Part shown: positions 51,365 to 63,499 of the stretch, one piece after another
How positions within the stretch are numbered: the stretch's first letter is position 1
How the letters are laid out: each line of letters starts with the position of its first letter
Assembly (NCBI GenBank): GCA_951406725.2
Contig: OX597817.1
Span: 12,648,001-12,712,000 of the forward strand
Source of the DNA: Octopus vulgaris
Taxonomy: Eukaryota
Length of the DNA stretch: 64,000 nucleotides
Direction of reading: 5' to 3'
Notes under the pieces: model-generated
Seen by the model: only the letters and a program-made list of their open reading frames with translations
What the model was told of the DNA's origin: nothing
The model's database searches: none
Program-made: the position numbers and the translations under genes

Positions 51365-51409
51365 CCTCTGGTATAAACACCCTGTTAAACAGGGTGTTTA
51401 TACCAGAGG
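51365..51409. repeat. Perfect palindrome, 22-bp arms with 1-nt spacer
   Basis: CCTCTGGTATAAACACCCTGTT-A-AACAGGGTGTTTATACCAGAGG. Confidence 0.95.
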
Positions 51410-51450
51410 ATACCTTTATTAAAAATTTCTATGAGAAAATGTTTTTCTAA

Positions 51451-51846
51451 TCTTTGTATATAAAAGTCAAGTTGTGTGTCTGTCTCCTACGATTTAGATT
51501 CCTAACTACTCCCACATTTTGCGGTGCAGTTTAACCAAAACCGGGTATCTTATAGTCATGATACATATCGAGCCCTTCTGGGTATTAGCGCGCGTCTATG
51601 ATGAGTCTACAATTTTAAAAAAAATTTACCATCATTTTTTTCCATTTTAATGCATTTTTTCGCTATTATATAAGGGAAGTAACTCTCTAAAAATGTCTAC
51701 GATGAGTCAACGATTTAAAAAAAATTTACCATCATTTTTTTCCCATTTTTAATGCATTTTTTTGCTATTTTTTGGTTATAGCTCTCTAAAAATGCTTTAT
51801 AGTTATTTCCCTTACAAACCCGAGCAACGCCGGGCGATACTGCTAG
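51451..51846 (+). mobile_element. Non-autonomous Helitron
   Basis: A|TC ... CCCGAGCAACGCCGGG ... CTAG|T. Confidence 0.9.
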
Positions 51847-51993
51847 TAGACCATAAAAGCTTTAAAGGGGACCATAGATTTATATTCAGCTCCATTGTCC
51901 TTTACTTATGGAAGAACCAAATTGAATGTTTACTAAGATATTAAAGCTAATCTGCTCCACAGAATCCATCTCACTCCAATATTTCATTATTAA

Positions 51994-52344
51994 CTCTTTA
52001 GCATTCATATTTGTCCGTCAAATGCAATGCTTATGTATTCACATAATTTTTTTATGAATCCAGATATTATTATTCAAATTGCAATTAAGAAGACCTTTGC
52101 TCTTAAGCAATGGATTAATTGAGGATGGAGCCAAAAGACTAAGGGATGCTAGTGAAAAGGCATTTAAAAGTGAATTAAACCTTCATCATGCATTATCTCA
52201 TAACTTTGAGATTTTTCAATGTTGAGATTTGTTTATTTTTAAAATGAAATTGTAGGATAAGTGTGAGAGGTCTGATCTGGCCAGTTTGAACATAAAACAA
52301 GTAGAATATTTGGGCAGGATGTAGCCAGTGTAAATGCTAGAGGG
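51994..52344. mobile_element. TTAA MITE family 2 containing the RDH 3' fragment
   Basis: TTAA|CTCTTTAGCATT ... AATGCTAGAGGG|TTAA; body matches 13825-14665 in reverse. Confidence 0.8.
52054..52180 (+). pseudogene. Decayed 3' fragment of a third RDH-like paralog
   Basis: ATGAATCCAGATATTATTATTCAAATTGC...GAGGATGGAGCCAAAAGACTAAGGGATGCTAGTGAAAAGGC aligns with 7878-7999 and 56157-56278 (NESGYYYS...EDGAKRLWEVSEKA) with indels. Weaker RDH-like similarity (CP..EE and SAP.RI segments) at about 51890-51985. Confidence 0.85.
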
Positions 52345-52404
52345 TTAAAGAAGATTAACCAATTATCCCAACACTTGTTTATACAGTTTCTAGTTTCTTA
52401 CACT

Positions 52405-52868
52405 TCATCATCATCATCGTTCAACGTCCGTTCTCCATGCTAGCATGGGTTGGACGGTTCGACCGGGGATCTGGGAAGCCAGGAGGCTGCACTAGGCTCC
52501 GGTCTTATCTGGCAATGTTTCTACAGCTGGTTGCCCTTCCTAACACCAACCACTCCGTGAGTGTAGTGGGTGCTTTTTACGTGCCACCTGCACAGGTGCC
52601 AGGCGAGGCTGGCATCGGCCACGGTCGGATTGGTGCATTTTACGTACCACCTGCACGGAAGCCAGTCGAGGTGGCACTGGCTTCGGCCACGATTCGGATG
52701 GTGCCTTTTACGTTCCACCGACACGGAAGCCAGTCGAGGCGATGCTGGCATTGGCCACGATTCGGATAGTGCTTTTTACGTATCTCCAGTCCAGGGGTCC
52801 TGGCATCTGCCGGGTGCCAGTCATAGGATTGGTTCAATTTCGATTCCAATTTTGATTTCGATTTCAAT
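52405..52868 (-). mobile_element. Non-autonomous retroposon with (GAT)n tail and internal 68-bp tandem repeats (RTE-related by inference)
   Basis: CATCATCATC tail on the + strand; GGCCACG recurs at 68-bp spacing; shorter relatives at 4660-4880 and 5810-5935. Confidence 0.65.
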
Positions 52869-53075
52869 TTACACTTGTAAACTGCATTTTCTCAAAAAGC
52901 TTAAACACTAGTTGGTGGATTGGTTATTTTTCTATGTAGAAGTAAATTAGCCAAATGAATATGGTTCTGGACTGGTAGCTTATAGACTCTGAGTAAACAT
53001 TCTGTAAAATCCATTGTATTATTGGATACATGCATAATTCTATAAGCTTTTGCTCATCTACCTGATGATCTAGAA

Positions 53076-53735
53076 CAATGGTTCTCAACTATTTTTTATC
53101 TATGGACCCCTTTGATTACAATTCTATTCTGGTTGACCCCCATAGCCATTCAATATTTAAAAACTAGTTTTTCAGATACTCCTTTCAAAATTCACTTTTT
53201 GTTTTTCACACATGAAGTTCTGTAGGTTGAACTATACTCTCTTTTACTCTTTTACTTGTTTCAGTCATTTGACTGCGGCCATGCTGGAGCACCGCCTTTA
53301 GTCAAGCAAATCGACCTGGGACTTATTCTTTTGTAAGCCCAGTACTTATTCTATCAGTCTCTTTTGCCGAACCGCTAAGTGATGGGGACGTAAACACACC
53401 AGCATCGGTTGTCAAGCAATGCTAGGGGGACAAACACACACACGCATATATATATATACATATATACGACAGGCTTCTTTCAGTTTCCATCTACCAATTC
53501 CACTCACAAGGCATTGGTTGGCCAGGGGCTATAGCAGAAGACACTTGCCCAAGATGCCACGCAGTGGGACTGAACCCTGAACCATGTGGTTGGTAGGCAA
53601 GCTACTTACCACACAGCCTCTCCTGCACCTATGTAAAACATGTGAGAAAGAAATTTAGCTGTTTCTTGCAATATATACATCTGAAACAAAATTTTTTCCT
53701 TGGACCCTTAATATACTACTGTGGATCCCCAATTT
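53076..53735. mobile_element. hAT-like MITE with nested SINE A (53237-53631, minus strand)
   Basis: Starts CAATGGTTCTCAAC with repeated TGGACCC motifs; SINE A consensus inside. Confidence 0.6.
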
Positions 53736-53752
53736 ACTGTTTTGCTTGCAGG

Positions 53753-54112
53753 CCCCCCACCCATTCAGCACAGCTTGTGCAGCAGTTTTTGGCTAGGCAC
53801 AGCATTCCCCAGGTCTGACAGCCACCGTATTGCCAAGATCTCGTCTCTTGCGACTTTTGCCTCTTTCCAAAAATCAAATCCCGTTTTAAAGGAAGATTTC
53901 AGGATTCGAGGAAATCAAAGTGAATGTGATAAGGCAGCTGCTGATTATTCCAGAAGACAAGTTCCAGGAGTGCTTTCATCATTGGAAACAGCGCTGGATT
54001 AAGTGTGTGGCTTTAGAAAGGGACTACTTTGAAGGAGATTAAATGCCAAATTAGTATGTGTTGTAGTTTTGTTTTTTGTAGCACCAGTCTGGATACTTAT
54101 TGATTAGATCTC
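53753..54112 (+). pseudogene. Second, distinct mariner transposase 3' fragment
   Basis: PTHSAQLVQQFLARHSIPQV.QPPYCQDLVSCDFCLFPKIK...FQECFHHWKQRWIKCVALERDYFEGD*. Confidence 0.85.
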
Positions 54113-54126
54113 ATACATATATAGAC

Positions 54127-54298
54127 GGAGTGGCTGTGTGGTAAGTAGCTTGCTTACCAACATGGTTCTGGGTTCATTCCCACTGCGTGGTGCCTTGGGC
54201 AAGTGTCTTCTACTATAGCTTTATAGCCTCAAGCTGACCAAAGCCTTGTGAGTGGATTTGGTAGACGGAAACTGAAAGAAGCTCGTCGTGTATATGCG

Positions 54299-54333
<35 letters not shown>

Positions 54334-54553
54334 GTTTGTGTGTGTCTGTTTTTGTCCCTACCCCCATCGCTTGACAACTGATGTTGGTCCGTTTACATCC
54401 TTGTAACTTAGTGGTTTGGCATAAGAGACCAATAGAATAAATACTAGGCTTACAAAGAATAAGTCCTGGGGTCAATTTGTTTGACGAAAGGTGGTGCTCC
54501 AGCATGGCTACAGTCAAATGACTGAAACAAGTAAAAGAATAAAAGAATAAAGA
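54127..54553 (+). mobile_element. SINE family A, older copy
   Basis: Diverged consensus match. Confidence 0.82.
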
Positions 54554-55289
54554 ATATATGTGTCATTTATGACTTTATACACTTCTTATCATTTTCACTT
54601 GTATTGTGCTATATATTGTATATGTTTTGTAGAAGGGGACATTAAGGGACATTTTTTATGAGCACTGCTGGATTACTTGACTCCATATATTGTCACACAC
54701 ACACAAACACACACAGATTTGACAGGCTTCTTTCTGTTTCTGTTTACCGAATCCACTCATAATACTTTGGTTGACCTGGAACTGTAGTTGAAGACATACC
54801 CAAGGTGCCATGCATTAGAACTGAACCCAAGATCATATGTTTGGAAAGCGAGTTTCTTAACCACAGATCCATGATGCCTACAGTATAAACCAGAATCAAT
54901 AGCTGGACCTCTGGATATGAGTGAGATATTTACGGTATTGCATAAGTTATTGTTGTTAGGCCCTAGATCAGTTCTTATCAAGATATTTCAATCATGAAAG
55001 ATATTCCAATCATAACTGTCTTTTCACTGATAGTGTATCCAAGGTCAACCCATTAATTAATGTGTCCAAGAGGGTAAAGTGTAATTTGAGGGTAATTTGG
55101 CTATTATTTCTAGTACACATGCTCCATCGTTGGCTTTATAAATATGTGGGTTGAGCTTGTGAGTGTTAAGTATCTTGACAGAGGGACACGGTACTGTGAT
55201 AGGAGCAACTTGATACAAACTATTGTGCTTTCAGTCAGTTGACTGTCACTAATTCTTCTACAATAATCCAAACACAGTTATTGATAGAA

Positions 55290-55324
55290 TCTTTCTAATT
55301 TCCATTTTTTCTTTTATTTTGCAG
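55290..55324 (+). promoter_or_regulatory. 3' splice site of RDH paralog 2
   Basis: CTTTCTAATTTCCATTTTTTCTTTTATTTTGCAG, same phase as paralog 1. Confidence 0.75.
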
Positions 55325-55333
55325 CCAACTGAA

Positions 55334-56275
55334 ATGTGTACCTGTGTTCCTGGTGCTACTGGGACTCACCAGTCAAGTAATAACTTCTGCTCTCGCTTTA
55401 TAAAGCACCAATGTTCTGAATATTTGGATGGTAAAACTGTAATTGTTACTGGAGCAAATACAGGACTTGGAAAACAGACTGCTTTAGAGTGTGCAAAAAG
55501 GAATGCCAGGGTGATTATGGCTTGTAGAAATCTAGAAAAGGCTGAAGCAGCCGCAAAAGAAATACGTGATGCTACAAAAGATTCTGGTAAAAATGAAGTT
55601 CTCGTACGTGAATTAGATCTGTCTTCATTCGAGTCTGTCCGTAAATTTTGTGCAATAATAAATGAGGAGGAACCACGTTTAGATATTTTAGTCAATAATG
55701 CTGGAGTTTATCGTTCTCCTTCATTATATACAGAAGATGGATTCGAAACACATTTTCAAGTAAACCACTTGGGACATTTTCTATTAACAACATTGCTTCT
55801 GGATTTGCTAAAAAAGTCTGCTCCATCAAGAATTGTAGTACTGTCCAGTTTCATGTACAAAGACGCTCGGATAAACTTTGATGATATTAACTGGAAGGAC
55901 AGTTATAATGGTACTGAAGCTTATAAATCTAGCAAACTTGCAAATCTCTGGTTTTGTCGTGAATTATCCAAAAGATTAGAAGGCAGTGGGGTTAATGTCT
56001 ATTGTGTTAATCCAGGAATTGTTCTCACAGATATTATGCGTCACACAGTGCCACAATTTTTTAGATATTTTGATTGCATTTCCAGATTATTTTTGAAAAC
56101 TCCTGCACAAGGAGCACAGACAACTTTGTATTGTATTCTGTCTGAAAAGTTACAAAATGAATCCGGTTACTACTATTCAAATTGCAGCCAAGAAGACCTT
56201 AATAGCAATGGACTAAATGAGGATGGAGCGAAAAGACTATGGGAAGTTAGTGAAAAAGCTGTTAAAAGGGAATAA
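55334..56275 (+). CDS. Retinol dehydrogenase 11/12/13/14-like SDR, paralog 2; exon starts at acceptor 55325
   Basis: Same motifs as paralog 1 (TGANTGLG, NNAG, YKSSK), clearly co-linear with it, with a longer Cys-containing N-terminus. Acceptor TTTTGCAG ends at 55324 and first ATG is at 55334. Confidence 0.93.
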   Translation: MCTCVPGATGTHQSSNNFCSRFIKHQCSEYLDGKTVIVTGANTGLGKQTALECAKRNARVIMACRNLEKAEAAAKEIRDATKDSGKNEVLVRELDLSSFESVRKFCAIINEEEPRLDILVNNAGVYRSPSLYTEDGFETHFQVNHLGHFLLTTLLLDLLKKSAPSRIVVLSSFMYKDARINFDDINWKDSYNGTEAYKSSKLANLWFCRELSKRLEGSGVNVYCVNPGIVLTDIMRHTVPQFFRYFDCISRLFLKTPAQGAQTTLYCILSEKLQNESGYYYSNCSQEDLNSNGLNEDGAKRLWEVSEKAVKRE

Positions 56276-56456
56276 AACAGTGAAATTCTGGAACACTGTG
56301 TGGAGTAAATATAAGCTCCTATTGAGCCAAGTCAACAAGAGAGACAGAGACTGGCAGAAACAAAGAAAATGCCCTTTGTATTTCAATACTATGCAAATAT
56401 TCTTTTAAAAAACTGTTCTTTTAATTTTTCTAAAATTTAATTGTGTTCCATATTTA

Positions 56457-56492
56457 CAGTTGAAAAAGTCTCAATGACTGAAACCGGTACTG
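56457..56492 (+). ncRNA. Degenerate minimal hammerhead-like motif
   Basis: CAG-TTGAAAA-AGTC/GACT-GAAA-CCGG-TA-CTG: stems intact, core has two substitutions relative to CUGAAGA. Confidence 0.5.
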
Positions 56493-56559
56493 AAATGTTT
56501 TATATAAAATTATTTTAGCATTTTCTACCTTGAATTATATATATATATATATATAAATT

Positions 56560-56733
56560 AAATTAGAGATAAAACCACTATTAGGCAAATCAAACAATGA
56601 AAAACATAAACCAAAACATAGAAATAAAATTAATTAATATAATATACAAAATATATAAAATATAAAATTCAAAATTTAAATTATTTAAATTTAAAGTTAA
56701 AAATTTTAAATTATTAATTTATATTTATAAATT

Positions 56734-56765
<32 letters not shown>

Positions 56766-57060
56766 TATTTTTTTTATTCTATTTATTTTATTTATTTATA
56801 TGTACATAAATTAGAGAAGAACCACCTTTTATCAACAATAAAATAACAATGGTATAATTAAATTATACCATATAGAAAAAAACATTAAATATTTGATAAA
56901 ACATATACCAATAATTAAGTAAAATACAAAATAGTAAATAAAAAGTATATAAGTTACCAATTATATTCTCTAATTTATATACATATATTATATATTGTGA
57001 AATTTGATTTAGTATTACTAAATTGAATTTTTCCTTGTAAGTTTGGAAAAATATTCCAAA
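56560..57060. mobile_element. Fragments of the AT-rich Penelope-like family in both orientations
   Basis: AAATTAGAGATAAAACCACTATTA (shared with 59581) and TGTGAAATTTGATTTAG...TGTAAGTTTGGA (shared with 28328-28380). Confidence 0.6.
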
Positions 57061-57297
57061 ATATTATATACATACATACATACATACATGAGTGAGTGGA
57101 CAAACAAAAGAAGGGCACTCAGCACATTTATTTGTTTATTTGGAGTTACATGTATAGATCAAAACGGTTTGATTCAAATTCATTGGTACTCAAAGTCTCA
57201 AGCATGATGTTAATCTTCATCCAGTGGAAATTTGAATTCAGTAAATGAGTAAAAGAGTATATATATATATGATAGTCATAGAAACCACATTATTACC

Positions 57298-57618
57298 AAA
57301 AGGCAATCTTTATCTCCAACTTGACTTGGATGTTGTGTTAGAACATAGGAGCACTTGTATTTATATCATTGAAAGACAAGAATTGTCTGCTATGGCTGCT
57401 GGAGCTTTCAGATCACTTGGTTTCACTCTGCTGTGAGCTCATCAGTGACAGACAACCAGTGGCAACATAACACCTGAATCTCCTGACAATGTCTATTCAG
57501 GCACTGGTGTTGCAAATAGCCAGTGAGATTATTAAAAATAACTGAAACAGAAGCAGTAATTGAGACAAAGGCAGCCTTTATCTCCAACTTAACCTGGGTG
57601 CTGTGTTAGAACACAGAA
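57298..57618 (-). mobile_element. Retrozyme-like 268-bp unit with partial terminal direct repeat
   Basis: TATCTCCAACTT...TGTGTTAGAACA at 57311 and 57579, bracketing the hammerhead. Confidence 0.55.
57405..57451 (-). ncRNA. Type I hammerhead ribozyme candidate with intact core
   Basis: Minus strand CTGTCA-CTGATGA-GCTC acagca GAGT-GAAA-CCAAGTGA-TC-TGAAAG: stem I 5 of 6 bp, stem II 4 bp, stem III with one mismatch. Confidence 0.7.
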
Positions 57619-57833
57619 TACTGCATTACTTACCTTGAGAGGAGGACTTCTCATATGAACTCATGGTGCATAAAAGCTCTTGTATATATAAAAGAGATTG
57701 ATAGAGTAAATATCAGTCTTAAAAGATGAGATTGATTTGTTCAACTAAGCCCTTTAAAGCAGTGCCCCAGCATGGCTGTAGTCTAATAATAATACATACA
57801 CACACACATACACACACGCGTGCATTGGGCTTC

Positions 57834-58226
57834 TCTCTTTTACTTGTTTCAGTCATTTGACTGCGGCCATGCTGAAGCACCGCCTTTAGTCGAGCAAATC
57901 GACCCCGGGACTTATTCTTTGTAAGCCCAGTACTTATTCTATCAGTCTCTTTTGCCGAACCACTAAGTGACGGGGATGTAAACACACCAGCATCAGTTGT
58001 CAAGCAATGCTAGGGGGACAAACACAGACACACAAACACACACACATATATACATATATACGACGGGCTTCTTTCAGTTTCCGTCTACCAAATCCACTCA
58101 CAAGGCATTGGTCGGCCCGGGGCTATAGCAGAAGACACTTGCCCAAGATGCCACGCAGTGGGACTGAACCCGGAACCATGTGTTTGGTTAGCAAGCTTAC
58201 TTACCACACAGCCACTCCTGCGCCTA
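57834..58226 (-). mobile_element. SINE family A
   Basis: Consensus match; nested in an older degenerate A-like copy. Confidence 0.88.
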
Positions 58227-59371
58227 TCAATTTTTGCTTACCAAATCCACTCAGAAGACTTTGGTTGGCTTGAGGCTATAGTAGAAGACGCTTGCACAAG
58301 GTGCTTTTCAATGGTATTGAACCCATATACATACATGCAAGTATGGCTATGTAGTTGAGAAGTTCCTTTCTGAACAACATGATTGAGGGCTTGTTCCCAT
58401 AGTGTGGACACTGTCAACTGCTGTTTTTCCGCTGTAACCATAGGTTGACCAATAGCTTCTGAGAAAAATTTAGTTGAAGGAAACTAGAAGAAACCTGTGT
58501 ATGTATATGTGTGTGTTTCCCCCCTTGTCTTCAGATGTGTGTGCTGACGGTACTATTAATATCATTTGTTTACAATCTTCTACAAAACATGAATAAGTGG
58601 TCATTGTTGGACAGAATTGTGAAAATGCTGCATGTGTTGGTGAGTCATAGATAATTCTCTTTTGATGAAATTATCATTTGACCAATGGAAACATGGAAAA
58701 GAGGATGTTAAAGTAATGTTAAGGAGGATATGTGCATGTATATGTACATACATATGTGTGTGTGTATATATATATGTGTGTGTGTGTGCGTGTGTATATA
58801 TATGTGTGTGCATGTATATATATATATCTATATATATATGCACACTTATAAAAAGCAAACAATTTTTTTTCCTTTGTGTATTGACTGCTGAAAACACTAA
58901 ATAAAATTTGATAAAATTTCAGGTTTTTCATGTCAATTAAATTAATTTGACCATTCCACAGATAACGGTGCACACATTCCTGAAAACAGAATGGGTGCGA
59001 AGTGAATCGGTATTGGATCCTATTTCTAGCAATACACGTGCTGTCTATTCACTATAATGCTTTTTATAGACTGAAAAAATACTCTGCATATCACTCAGTC
59101 CGCCTCCAACTTTCTCTAAGTCTGTATATTACATTTCTTCCTTTGAAGTTGCCACCAGACCTCTGCTTTCTCTTTGTCTATATGTCCCTCTCTATGTCTA
59201 TATCTCTCACTATCTCCCTCTCTCTGGCTATATATGTGTCTCTTTCTCACTACCTCTACCTCTTTTTCTCTCTAGATAGTAAATACAGGAGACAGATAGA
59301 AAGGAGACTAGGGAGAAAATTCAAGTTAAACGGATGGGGAAGAGAAAAGACATATATATATATACAGACAC

Positions 59372-59421
<50 letters not shown>

Positions 59422-59497
59422 ACATATATATATATATATATAACGGGAAGCTTTATGAAAATAAACAAAAGACGAAGGCAGGTGGAAATATATGATA

Positions 59498-60620
59498 TTA
59501 GGGAGTATTACTCCAAACTTACAGGGAAAAAATTCAATTTAGTATTAAATCAAATTTCACAATATAAATATATAAAATATAAATTAGAGATAAAACCACT
59601 ATTATGCAACTCAAACTGTGATAGACATACACCAAAACATAAATAACAAACAAAATATATTTTTATAAAACATATAACTAGATCTCAAAAAGTATAAAAA
59701 TGAATTATCAATATATAATATAAAAAACTACGTACATTTCATGGCTACAATTAAATTCGAATTACAATTAAATTTACATTTAATTGAAATAAATTCAATT
59801 TAAAATTACAGTCAATCTTCAGGTTATCAATAATAATTATATAAATAAACAAATAGAGTTAAACAATATCTATTTAAAAGATAGATAAAATAATAATTTT
59901 TTTCTTATAGAAAAAACTCCATTAACTAAATTTGAAACTTAAAACATTAGGATTATTTCCTACAACACATTTATTATGTTAAATATTTAATATTTAAGGT
60001 AAAAAAAAAAGAATAAATAGAAAGAAATATGTATTTATCTGTGAAGATATAATTTAGCTTAAAAAACATTAATAAACTATCGAATATCTTTAACTCAGTT
60101 ATAATCCAATAATTAATTACCAAATTATTTAACAAAATAATCACTATTAATATTTTTAGATTTTAGTTCGCATATAATAATCATAAAATAATAAATACTT
60201 AAAAATAAGTATCTAAATTATAATCAACAAATATAGTAATTAAAAATCTAAATTTTTTTCTATCATTAAACGTATAAACATTCAACCAAAACTAAGTTAG
60301 TCCATTATTACTTACATAAATATTATAAATATCTATAGAAAATATTTATGAAATTAAATTTAAGAATTGAAAAATTCAAATTAAAAACGTATAACTTATC
60401 TTTATAAGATACTTATTGTTACTATTATCAAAAACATTTTTACGATTTATATCGCAAAGTGACTAACTAATATCTTAAAATTTACATTCAGATAATAATT
60501 AAATAAATGTACATATCCAAATTATCATTGAAAAAAAAAATTATAAATTCAAATTTAACAATCAATAGTTATATAGAATACAATAATATTTCTTACATAA
60601 AAAAAGTTTACTTATCTCTC
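59498..60620 (-). mobile_element. Longest copy of the AT-rich Penelope-like family (far boundary approximate)
   Basis: 3' end homologous to 28300-28390; hammerhead at the same distance from that end; extremely AT-rich non-coding body. Confidence 0.6.
59726..59825 (-). ncRNA. Type I hammerhead-like ribozyme with long stem II, intact CUGAAGA core
   Basis: AAC-CTGAAGA-TTGACTGTAATT...AATTGTAGCCAT-GAAA-TGTACG-TA-GTT; homolog of 28061-28182. Confidence 0.68.
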
Positions 60621-61517
60621 GAAAAGTGCTTATTTTATTGATCCTGAACAATTGAAAGGGATAGTTAAAATCAGGTCATAAAGAGCTGGGGGGAAATACT
60701 GCAAAGCATTTTTTCTGTCACTCTAATGTCCCCTGAATAGATAATGATTTCAAGGGGGTGGGGTAAGTCAATTCCATCAACCTCAGTACTTGTTCTATCA
60801 GCCTCAAAAGGATGAAAGCAAAGTCGATCTCTGTGGAATTTCAACTCTGAACATAAAGATGGATGTTAAAACAGTTCTATCAGTTCGTTGCCTTGGAAAA
60901 ATAATCATAATAATTCTTTCTAATTTTGGCAGGAGGCCAGAAATTATTGAGGGCAGGATGAAGTCAGTTCCTTTAACTATGGTACTCAACTGTGTTACCT
61001 TTTTCTACAGCATTTCACTTTCTGAAGTAAGCATTTTATAGACTGCAATTTCTGAAAATATTAGTAGAATTTCTTCTTGTCATATCCTTCGTGTCCTTTT
61101 TCTTTTTACGAACTACTTTTTGTGCAAATTAGGAACTTCATTTTCTTTTTAATAACAACTTTTAGAGCTGAGCCTATTAAAATATTTGATACAATGAAAA
61201 TAATTTGTGTATTGAATAAAAATTAAATTTAATGTTAAAGGTATTTGTCATACATTCCATTAGATGTACTTACAAACCTTCTGCAACCTAAGAAATGAAT
61301 GAAAAATCAAGGTAAATGTCAATCTATATTTTGCAAAGTTGCTTTGGTTATGTTCACTGTTAATTGGTAACTAACAATATATATGTGTCATGATAAATTA
61401 TAACACAGACCTGATGTGTAAACTCAAGATATATAATTTTTGTTGTGTATGAATTCTTATTCTTTTACTGGTTTTAATCATTGGTGTATTTTCATGCTGG
61501 AACAGCATATATGTTCA

Positions 61518-61925
61518 TTTCTTTATTGCTCACAGGGGATAAACATAGAGGGTACAAACAAAGACAGACAAAGGGATTAAGTTCATTACATCGGCCCCAG
61601 TATGTAACTGGTACTTATTTAATTGACCCCGAAAGGATGAAAGGCAAAGTCGACCTCAGCGGAATTTGCAGTCAGAACATAACCGCAAATGAAATATCTA
61701 TTTCTTTACTACCCACAAGGGGCTAAACACAGAGGGGACAAACAAGGACAGAAACACGGATTAAGTCGATTACATCGATCCCAGTGCATAACTGGTACTT
61801 ATTTAATCGACCCCGAAAGGATGAAAGGCAAAGTTGACCTTGGCGGAATTTGAACTCAGAATGTAACGGCAGATGAAATACTGCTATGCATTTCGCCCAG
61901 CATGCTAACGATTCTACCAGTTCAA
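61518..61925 (-). mobile_element. SINE family C, head plus 2 body units
   Basis: Two tandem units, more diverged than the other arrays. Confidence 0.85.
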
Positions 61926-63114
61926 TGCCCTGAGCAGTGTATATGTTGCAAATAGAAAGGAACAGACATTGAGAGTTAGTGTACAAAATTTGTGATAGAT
62001 CTTGAAGGGGGAAAGTTTACTATGTTCCATTGAACCTTGGATGGGAAAATAGACTGCAGGAAAGTGAAGAAAGCATTTGGATCTTAAATACATCAACTAC
62101 TATCTGCACTAATAAGAAAATTCATTGCAAATTACATTTTGAAAGATAAATAAAGAAGCACTATTTTGTCTTTTTATTTGCTTGTACAACATTCCTGGAC
62201 ATAATATCTATCAATTCTTTGCCAAGCCTTCTTTTAATTGCATTTAAGGCTTTGCTGGATAAAACTCAAAAGATGTTATTTCCATTTTGTCAATATTTAT
62301 GTAGAGAATTTTTTCAGTGAGACACGTCACGAATCTTCAACAGCCATCCAATCAACCATTGAGTCTTATAATAGGCTTTTACTTTAAACGCTCACATACA
62401 TGAGACTTGTACAAAATTAATCACGTTTTAAAAATCTTCACTACAGATTTCATTTGATGAAAATTCATATGTATTAAGCAATGCATTCTAGAGTTACATC
62501 AGTTTAAATTATTTCAAAGTAATGAGAAAGTTATTGTTTTAAACCCAAGAATTTTTAAAAAAGCTGGTACGTCATTGACTGAAAAAAATATATCAATCAT
62601 TGCATTTTTCACATGTTTCCACAAAAAGCATTTAAAAATGCAGTTTTCAGCAATAGTTTCATCCTCAAATGTACAGATGGAAATATTGCTAAATAATCTC
62701 ACAATTCTGTATGTAACACATTTACCAGAATTGGTAAAGAGGTCGCAAACACTAGACAGTATCTCAGTAACTGTTAGAACAACTAGTTTGATTTAAAATA
62801 AAATACAGAAATTTGTTGAGGATAATATTGTATCTATCAACACGAACTCTCTGTTCAGCAGCTAACTTGGTTATTTCCTTGTGTGCTACTTTCATTATAC
62901 AGAAATTTGCAGACTCAAATGTCAAGTTTTTAATTCAGTCAAAAGCACAACACGCCTGATGGTTGAAATGGGAAGAGTTCTATTGAAGAATGAAAAGTAA
63001 AGTTGACCTTGGTGGCATTTGAACTCAGAATGTAAAGCCGGAAGAATGTTGTTAAGCATTTGTCTGGCATGCTAACAATTTTACTGGCTCCCACCCTAAC
63101 TTGTACACATAACA

Positions 63115-63499
63115 GCAGGAGTGGCTGTGTGGTAAGTAGCTTGCTAACCAACCACATAGTTCCGGGTTCAGTCCCACTGCGTGGCATCTTGGGCAAGTGT
63201 CTTCTGCTATAGCCCCGGGCCGACCAATGCCTTGTGAGTGGATTTGGTAGACGGAAACTGAAAGAAGCCTGTCGTATATATGTGTATATGTTTGTGTGTC
63301 TGTGTTTGTCCCCCTAGCATTGCTTGACAACCGATGCTGGTGTGTTTACTTCCCCGTCACTTAGCGGTTCGGCAAAAGAGACCGATAGAATAAGTACTGG
63401 GCTTACAAAGAATAAGTCCCGGGGTCGATTTGCTTGACTAAAGGCGGTGCTCCAGCATGGCCGCAGTCAAATGACTGAAACGAGTAAAAGAGTAAAGAG
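63115..63499 (+). mobile_element. SINE family A
   Basis: Full-length consensus match. Confidence 0.9.

Noticed and set aside
59830-60620. Mitochondrial insertion (NUMT) suggested by extreme AT content
   Set aside because: No mitochondrial gene, rRNA or tRNA motif recognised; contiguous with the Penelope-like family end.
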